The notes beneath the pieces were generated by a model, which searched no databases, had not been told where the DNA came from, and saw only the letters and a program-made list of their open reading frames with translations. Below, one piece after another: positions 55,539 to 64,000 of a stretch of DNA of 64,000 bases (position 1 is its first letter; the number at the start of each line of letters is the position of its first letter). The DNA comes from Sporopachydermia quercuum. Taxonomy: Eukaryota. Position numbers and translations under genes: made by a program. The stretch is from positions 744,001-808,000 of the forward strand of contig BCGN01000008.1 of the NCBI GenBank assembly GCA_001599295.1. The letters run 5' to 3'.

Positions 55539-58403
55539 TAAATGAAAGTAAAGGATAATTCTATGGTGGTGATTAGTCAATGGCTTTTTATTTTATTTTT
55601 TATTTTTTGGATATTTTGGATAGATTTAAGGAGAGTAATGATACGATTAGGACTCAATGGATTTCAATAATGTTGTATAAATATAATAACAATTAAACGA
55701 AAAGAGTATGATAACCAATTTGCATGGCACCTGACTAAATAGACTTTGGTTGAGATTAAGTTAGAGTTACAGTTTATGCTGAAACAACTAAAGCTCAAAA
55801 CTTAACTTCGTTTTCTCTGGACTGAACTACAAACAATGAAGGTGACGAATCTCATTAACTATTGTTTCTCCTGTCCTTTTCTGCTTGTTGACTCGTTGAG
55901 ACTATTATTATAGAAGTGAGTGTTATACATATTTACCAAATTGTGGCCGAACTACCAGGCTTGCCAATAGAACGTGCATCAAAATGGAAACATGAATACG
56001 AGGTGTTACAATTGGTAACGCCATACGACCATATCAGTCGGAGATATTGCCTTACGTAATGTTATGTATTTCCCTTGAGCTGTTGATACTTCCTACTCAT
56101 ACTTGTTGATAAGGGTGCCGATTTAGTGCTTGTGGGATCTGAAGTGCTAGGTGTAGTTGAAACCCCAATTGTAGCAGATTCCATTGAGTGGGAAATATTG
56201 GAAAAAGCCATTGCTGTAGTACTATGTCTCTGCTCTATGTTCTCTGATGTTAATTTCGGGCTGCCAACTGTTCCACTAGTATTGTGATTACTAATATATC
56301 TTCCGGTCAAACTAGTAGATCACTCGAGAAACTATCAATGATCTCAACGTCACTTTCATTATTTGCAACATTCTAAACAAATAAGTTCTTTCTGATCCAT
56401 GAAAGTATATGAGTGTCGTACAACTCCATATTCACAATTGAAAGCTAAAGAATATAAATATTAAATCAGAACTATATCAGAACTCAACGCAGGCCCAANC
56501 AAACTTCTGTATGTTGAATGGAACGCTTGAATCATTAGGCTGGAAAAATGAAGATTGTGATATAGAATTCCACAATTGAAGTTTTGACAAGGAGTTTAAC
56601 AATAAGTACATCCTGTGGGGAATGTTTGGAAATGTTGATCAGGTACTTCTCTCCCATGTGATAATACCTTGCTATCCAATGCCAGTAAATTGATTGCTCC
56701 TCAGGTTCATTATAATTGTTATATAATTGTGGTCACTTTAGTTGGTCAATAGAATAGATTCAAATACTGATTATTTTAGTACATTGCTATCAGTAAACAA
56801 TTACCCTTTCATGGTCACTTCTCCCCATAAGTACTTTCCATCATTTTCACTGTTTACAAAAAAATATGCTACCAAATCTGCCTGTGGGGTCCATTTAGGA
56901 TCCCCTTATTTGTTATGAGGGAGATCAAACTACTACTTGGAAAATACCGGATATTGACGAAATGAACTTGAAAAATAATGAATGACTGGTAGCCTTAAGG
57001 TCATCGATTTAGTTAGTTAGAAGTTGCGTAGCTATTGGAGTTGAATATAGTTATATTGCAATTAAATGTGAGTCATCTAAAGGATCTTCAATCATCTTTC
57101 ATTGTANCGAAAGATACAGGATTTAAAATGTATAAATATAAAATGTTGATAGAACTAATTGATTATCTTCCTATGAAGATTGCTGGAGGGGACTAANATA
57201 GAGTTGGAATCATATTGGTACCTTGCATACTTAATCTCAATTCATATTATGCNCCCAAAAAAATTAGTTCGTNAGATAAAAAATTATTTATTTCTTCTAA
57301 GTGAAACTTGGAACAAAAGTATGTAGAAACAGAATATCTAAGCGGTACTGGTAAGAGTTTTCTACAACCTGTTTGATATTGCTGTGTATCATTCCAACAG
57401 GAAAGAGAGAAACAAAGTTTGTTCTTCGAAGTATCTATTTCTCCACATGTTTCAGGAAGAATACGACAAATGAATATCTAATTCCTTTATTCAACTTTAT
57501 AAACCCTAATTAGAATTGAGTTTGATTATCGCAGTAGCCCTTCTAGTAATACTTAAAGTCCTGTCTGTATCTGATCTGCTCACAATAGAACAGGTGGTTT
57601 ATTTGTTTGGCTTTGCGAACGAGTAGCGTTCTTTTGCTAAAAGTACAGCTAAGAAATGGGTTGCTCTCTCTCTATAGCATACCAGATTTCATTACAAAAC
57701 AAGATTTGAACCTTAAGCTTCTACTGAACTTTAACGTATTTTACTCCGGTATTATGTTACATTGAGAAATGGAGCTAAACATTCCTCAACCAACAGTGCG
57801 ATTGTGATTTGAATATCTAGACCCGAATCATCCAATCATCTGCATTAAGGTCTCGATTCCAAAGGTATCGAGAAATTACATATGATTTATTGTTGTTTTT
57901 TTTTGGCAATTTTTTTTATTGCTTTTCTTCTTCAGTGAATATTAATTAAACTCTTGGTTCATTTATAATGAGGGCTCTTTAGGTCAATTTTATCGTTCGA
58001 GTGCCAAAGCCTAAAGCTAGAACACTGCCAATATGAAAGACATCGATTGAGTTCCAGTTTTATCGCTTCATTGAGGAAGCGTTTTAAATATGAAAAAGTA
58101 ACTCACCAACGCGGATAAAAGTTCCATTGGATACTCTGCTAGTTAGAGGAGCAGTTTAACTTGAATGCTGTGTATTAAGGCTATATAGGAATGGAGAATT
58201 GAGGACGAGAACAGAGTACTAGGGACAAAGTATATGTCTGATTGGAAATCTAAACCCCTCTCCTACTTACAACTAAGGCTTCCAATCAAAGTAGTGATGG
58301 TGAGACTCTATTATTGCCTAGTTATTATCTTGCTTTAATTAGATGGTTTGATTCATATATATTTAAATTAAAAAACAGAATTAATTCACAGGTTTAATAT
58401 CAA

Positions 58404-58569
58404 CTAAACGATATACTAACTGTTCTACCCTACTTAATAAATCGCTAGCAAATCTTCACTTGCAAAGGTTTATTATAATCATAATTTATCACATTCTTAT
58501 TATCTATCTTTTTTAATAGCATTGACAATATCAATGATTATACAATTATTTACTGGTTATTCTAAACGA
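58404..58569 (-). promoter_or_regulatory. Two TCGTTTAG (Upc2/Ecm22 AR1-type) elements
   Basis: CTAAACGA at 58404-58411 and 58562-58569, 1.4-1.6 kb upstream of the TIR-like gene. Confidence 0.45.
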
Positions 58570-59993
58570 TTTTTCTGAACGCGGGGAAGTAAGTACTTCG
58601 TATCTCACGAAATTTAAGCTGCATATGCCTACCCTAACAAGTATTTCATTTTATTACTGGTAACGAAATAATAAAATTACTCCTAAAGAACTATTATCAT
58701 ATAACTAAAAATTTGTTAATTTTAGTTTTCACCAGCCTAATAGAAATATTTACTAAGATTAAAACATACAGCAATACCCTTCATGAGTTCATTTCGTCAG
58801 TTAGATGATCTTTTTACTGCAACTGGTTCCAATTGGTGTGACTCCTTTCCGTACTGCCATTTCTACCTAACATCGAGCAACGGTTTTACTAAGTTCTATT
58901 TCAGTAGACAGTCATTCAGTTTCACTAACCTAAATTAATGCATCATAAAAGGTATGAATTATGTATAAAAGCCTTGTTTAATAGTTCTAAGACATGCAAT
59001 TGAACAATTATAAAAATAGCAAGACACCGTCAATATATGCTCCAATAAGTATACATTATATTTCATATACTTATACCAGCTATCGGAGTACTATGTTGAT
59101 TAGTTCTTACCATAAACTTACGATACCTTAGGACAATATGATATTTTTCCGGTTATTCAAGAAGCTTGACAAACAAGATAACCGAACTATTCCAAAAATA
59201 AAAAAATTCAATTTCTTCCTGCCAAGAAACAACGTTCTTGGGTAGAGATGTTTTCATAGGGAGAACCAGAGAAGCAAATGATACAACTCAATTCACAGAA
59301 ATTAACTTAAAAGGGTTATAAGAGGACTAGAAGAGTAGAAATTACTCCAATTGGAACCTGAATTGATGGTATTCACTCCTTTCTTGAGACCTTGATACAT
59401 CAAATGAGGGAATGCTGCTCATTCTTGACTTTCGATTGAAGACTTTAGATTAACAATCAAACTATCAAACAGTGCCAAATTTACCTATCAATTTTATTGC
59501 TCAGACTTAGACAAAACAATTGACAAGGCCCTCAGAATTCATTTTTTAATCAACATGACATACTGAAACTAAGGCCATTAGCTCTTCACAGCAGGAAGAG
59601 AAAACAGGCTAAGAGGGCCAAAGTTTAATCACCCGCGCTGAGTTTTAGTTATTCGTTTTAAACTTCATTCTATCACTTTTGGCGTCATTTCATTTAAACT
59701 TTCTCTTTTTATTCACTGATGTGCACAAACAATATTCCAAATCCAATTTAAAGCTAAGATTTCCAAATATAAATATAAAGTAAAGTTATACACCACCTTG
59801 TAATACTTTAAACTTTGTTTACACTCAACCTATTGTTGTTTCATTGTTATATAAATATCCCAGTGTCACCGCGCTTAGAAGAGATTTCATTTCACTTCAA
59901 TTACTTGAGAAAAAGACAGTAGTACCTTTGCGATATTACTTTACCAAAATAAGATCTAATATTTGAATCTTAAAGTAGAAAACCAGTCGAGAA

Positions 59994-60884
59994 ATGCAAT
60001 TGAAAACTTGTGCTATTATTGCAGGCCTAGTTACTGTTGTCAGTGCCCAGGCCGATGTTCAAGGTCTCGCCGATTACTACAGTAGTCTATTTGAGGCCCT
60101 AGGTATTACTGTCACCGGTGATCTTCAAAGTGCTCTTTCTGATTATTATGATATTCTCACGGGCCTAGACGACAGTTTCACCGATATTGATTGGTCAGAT
60201 GCTTATCAAGATTTGACCGAAGGATTGGACGATTTTTATTCTGAAAACGCAGAGGCTTACTCAGAAATTTACGAGGAATTGAAATCTCAAAGTGCTCCAT
60301 CTGAATTAATCGATTATTATTCAAAGATTGCTACTTACACAGATGCTAATTATTTGAGTGTTTCCTTCCCTGCCTCTGCATATGCTGATTATGTCTCGAG
60401 TCTCCTTTCTGCCGGGGATTATTCCAATATAATCGCAAGTCTCAGTGACTTAAATGGGGATATCACTGGCGACCTCGGGGAAGAACTCACTGACTTAGCT
60501 GAGGATATCAGCAGTGTAGTCTCAAGTATCTCCGAGCTAGAATCAACTGCAACCGCAACCCCTGATTCTGGTACAACCGATACATCAGCTAGCTCTACTG
60601 CAGAAACATCATCATCTTCTGCAGAATCTTCAGAAACATCATCATCTTCTGCAGAATCTTCAGAAACATCATCATCTTCTGCAGAATCTTCAGAAACAAG
60701 CAGCACCGAATCTGCTACTTCATCCGCGGAGTCTGCAGAATCAAGCAGTACTGAATCTGATACTTCATCTGCTGCTGATTCTACTTCTTCTGACAACGCT
60801 GGGGTTGCATCTCTACCTTCTTTCCTTGGTTTGTCCATCCCAACAATTATGGTTATTGCTTCATTGCTGGCAATTGAAATCTGA
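59994..60884 (+). CDS. GPI-anchored Ser-rich cell-wall mannoprotein, Srp1/Tip1 (TIR)-like, 296 aa
   Basis: Signal peptide (MQLKTCAIIAGLVTVVSA), acidic helical domain with YSKIATYTDANY, a Ser/Glu/Thr stalk, DNAG omega region and hydrophobic tail. Confidence 0.85.
   Translation: MQLKTCAIIAGLVTVVSAQADVQGLADYYSSLFEALGITVTGDLQSALSDYYDILTGLDDSFTDIDWSDAYQDLTEGLDDFYSENAEAYSEIYEELKSQSAPSELIDYYSKIATYTDANYLSVSFPASAYADYVSSLLSAGDYSNIIASLSDLNGDITGDLGEELTDLAEDISSVVSSISELESTATATPDSGTTDTSASSTAETSSSSAESSETSSSSAESSETSSSSAESSETSSTESATSSAESAESSSTESDTSSAADSTSSDNAGVASLPSFLGLSIPTIMVIASLLAIEI
60601..60698 (+). repeat. Perfect 30-bp coding minisatellite, ~3.3 copies (ETSSSSAESS)
   Basis: CAGAAACATCATCATCTTCTGCAGAATCTT at 60601, 60631 and 60661, with a partial copy at 60691. 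Confidence 0.97.
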
Positions 60885-62029
60885 TCGTGTATGTAGGTAC
60901 TATCTTTTATTCCAACATTACATATTGTACTCTCTGATTTGCAATTGATTCAAGTATATACATATTACTAATTTTTTGATACTCATGTCATCATTATGTT
61001 CTCAATGTACTACTACTCTTGTTCAGCACTTTCACTCTAAACCCAATTCTCACAATCATGCAATGCGCAGGTTTTGTATGAACTTGCTTTGAATATCCAC
61101 AGATAGATTAGCCTTGTTCACCTGAGATTAGTAATTACCGTTTTCAAGTCTCTTGAATGAAAAAGAAATATGTGATGATTATTGTTTCAGGAACTGTATA
61201 ACTGACATACCTATTTTCTTGATATATTCTACATAAAAATGATGACTTTCTTTACGATTGTATTCATTTGTTATGGATGGATGAAAAAATAAATGAATAA
61301 GGAAAATNGGTCACAAATCTGTTTTGGATAAAGATTACTGAATGAATTAAGTTACTTTTTCACCCAATACGGCAAGGTCTTTTAACGCCAATTAAAGTTA
61401 AAGGAAACTTAAAACATGGTTCTCGAGAGTCAAAAAATTAGATAATTGGTGGTGATCAGACGAGGGCTTAATGAGTATGAGGAACATGAATCAATGCTAA
61501 TGCAGAAAAGAATGAATGCAGATCATCAGAATACCACGTAATAGATAAGTTTTAAACAGAGAAATAGCCGTTGTAACCGCCTTGGTTGTGTGGCATTGGA
61601 GAGAAAGAATAAGATACACTACTACACATCTTGACATGCAATGTGCAATGATTGCTCTGATTTTAGGCCTCCACAATTATTTTAGAAAGTAATGTAGTAT
61701 GTATAAATCCAAATGAGTAAAGGTTTATCTCGATTGTAAAAATACTTTAAATTGACATTGAAGTAGGTGAAAAGCTGTGGATAATGTTCAAGCAACTAGA
61801 TTGGTTTTGTTTGATCTGAGGTTAATTACCTAGACTGACAATTGATTCAAATGAAGGAAGATCCTTCAAATTGACAACTCTGCACCGTGATTATAAGATA
61901 CTAACTTATTCCTTATAAGTCTAGCTTCTACGTCCCTTACAAGGTCATTGCATTTATCATAGTCGTTGCACATTCCTCCCAGGAGTAACACTACCTCTTG
62001 AATCGGCTCACTTTTTATCATACTTTTGA

Positions 62030-62784
62030 TTACCCGTCATCATGATCGCTCATCCGATCACGATAATGTCTATTGGTCTGTTGTCGAGCACTATATATCC
62101 TTGGAGATGATTTATGATTCTCTGACACTTTTTCTTGTTGCCTTCTATCAGCGTATCTTTCTCTTATACCATTACTTCCATCATGATTCCTGTTCTTCCC
62201 TTCAGTTTCGGATTTGACTTTCTGATACGTGTCTCTGTCACAATGCCTCATATGATCTGCATCATACCTCTTTCTTTCAAAACAACTCTTATCACTTTTC
62301 GATTTTCGTTTCTTCTTCTTTTTGTCCTTTGCTGATTCATTTTTCTCAGCAGACAAATTCCTGTATGTTTCCAAATCAAGGTTCCTTAGAATAGTTAGTA
62401 TCAATATAGTGAAACTGGAAAGAGAAAAAACTTGAACACGACCCCTTTACTAAAAATTAAAACAGTAGGTAGTGTCTCTATGCACTTATCAAATTGTACT
62501 TACAAAGATTTTGCCATCATTTCTTCTTCTAACCTTTTCACCGCATCCAATTCATTACTCTTACACAGTTCTTGTTCATCGGTCCTTTCTCCGGCTATCC
62601 TGCCTTTTTCCTCCTTCGCATACCAAATTAAATCCTTTCCTTCTTGCCATCTTCCAGTTGGAGCCATTAGCGAATTTCCCAAATAATTTGCTTTATATTT
62701 GCTACTTTTCACATCCTCCCAGTTGAAGTTTGCCTGCCCTCCTCTGACACTGACAGGCTTGCTTCTCTCCCCCAGAAAATCCAT
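62030..62784 (-). CDS. MMTAG2-family (multiple myeloma tumor-associated protein 2-like) protein, 211 aa; exons 62784-62504, 62384-62030
   Basis: [14 protein letters not shown]...[25 protein letters not shown] followed by an R/K/D-rich tail. Intron 62503-62385 (GTAAGT...TACTAAC...AAG) restores the frame. Confidence 0.88.
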
Positions 62785-63219
62785 TTTGCTAGAAAAAAAA
62801 AGTCCAAGATAGATGATCACTGTAATGAAACAATATGTAATAAATGGAGTTATATTTTACGTTACAGCTCTTCAAAGTCAGTAATAACCGTCAATCAGAT
62901 TCAATAAAAAGAGTCATGTGTAATGTTTCTCTAAGTCTTTCTATACCTTATGGGATAACTCCAGACTTTACCACCCTTCATAGGACAAATGAACAAGAAG
63001 AGATGTGAAATGTCTCTGAGTTCTCCCTTCTCTTACAATCATGAAAATTTCAGGTCATACAGTGGCTAAGATGGAGCATTGAATACATCTTGGTTTGAAT
63101 ATAATGAATGAAAAACAGCTCAGAGACCTTAGTATAGTACCCTTAATGTTGAAGATTAGGGAATCACTTACTCTCTGGAAGGGCCTGGAGAAATATCAGT
63201 ACAAAAAGCAAGGCGAAAA

Positions 63220-63882
63220 ATGTTTTCAAGAATTACCAGACCCATATGCGCATACCAAGCACGTTCTCGACACCGACAAGCTGGCAGATCTATGATACAA
63301 ATGTCCAGTGCACTATTAAGATATATAAAGGTACAACCACAATTTCAAGTCAGTAGAAGTAGTTTTGATTATATGTCCAGAAGATTTCACAGTACTGATG
63401 ATAGTGTGGAAGTAGCAGATAAGCCAGAAAAGCTCAGGGATCAGCAACCACAGTATGTGATGGCATTCACATGCAAAGTCTGCAAAACGAGATCCAGTCA
63501 TGTTTTGACAAAGCAAGCTTATCACCACGGTACCGTCTTGATTACATGCCCTGGATGTAAAGGAAGACATCTAATAGCTGATCATTTAAAGGTAAGAACC
63601 AATTCAAGAAGGTTTAGGATGATATTGAACGGAGATTTAATTTTGATAGATGTAGCATTCTGACATTCACTATAGATATTCTCGGATAATAAAGTAACCC
63701 TGGAAGATATACTTGCTGCTAAGGGAGAAACAGTGAATAAGAACAGCGACGATTTGGTGTTCGAAGATCTCCCTGAGTCTTTGAAGAAGAGGTTCAGATT
63801 ACAGAGCAGCGACCAGGCCACTGACTCTACCGAACAAGTAGCACTGGGAGAAGGAGAAAAGAAACGCACAGAAGAGAAATAA
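63220..63882 (+). CDS. ZIM17: Mitochondrial Hsp70 escort protein Zim17/Tim15 (DNL zinc finger), 192 aa; exons 63220-63591, 63676-63882
   Basis: Arg-rich presequence, then FTCKVC...[29 protein letters not shown]. Intron 63592-63675: GTAAGA...TTCTGAC...TAG. Confidence 0.93.
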
Positions 63883-64000
63883 ATGTATTCATTGTTTAGG
63901 ACCTCACTTTTTATCTCATGATTTACGAAGATGCATGGCTTGAAGACGACCTCCTAGAGCTAACCTTCAGATTTCAACTTACACTCTATCGCAATGATAT

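Noticed and set aside
10550..60900. Cryptic PTS1 by stop-codon readthrough
   Set aside because: The stops I inspected (GLT1, PAR32, ERV41, PXA2, NOP9, MRP8, IRC20, TIR-like) lack a TGA-CTA context and give no SKL-like extension.
1..64000. CRISPR arrays, rRNA, retrotransposon or DNA-transposon ORFs
   Set aside because: No spaced direct repeats, rRNA signatures, or RT, integrase or transposase motifs in any frame provided.

Overview
A 64 kb AT-rich window from a budding yeast (Saccharomycotina) chromosome. It is probably an early-diverging, moderately intron-rich lineage: CTG reads as Leu, ATG101 and an MMTAG2-family gene are present, and branch points are degenerate. I identify 21 protein-coding genes: GLT1, PAR32-like, CTM1-like SET methyltransferase, URC2/PriB-like Zn2Cys6 factor, YccU-like CoA-binding protein, ATG101, PTH1, ERV41, PEX28, a small spliced BRD8-N-like gene, a PTS1-bearing cytochrome-c-peroxidase-family gene, PXA2, UTP5, HAP5, NOP9, MRP8, RAD24, RCK2, IRC20, a TIR/SRP1-like GPI cell-wall protein, MMTAG2-like and ZIM17. 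Nine coding introns were rebuilt by hand. No tRNA, rRNA, CRISPR array or intact transposon is supported. The best leads are a heavily base-paired, G/U-rich candidate ncRNA between ATG101 and PTH1; a stand-alone BRD8 N-terminal-domain microgene; four peroxisome-linked genes within 13 kb, with paired CCGAGG (FarA/Por1-type) sites before the peroxidase; and Upc2 AR1-type sites before the TIR-like gene. Gene identities come from motif recognition by eye, not from database searches.
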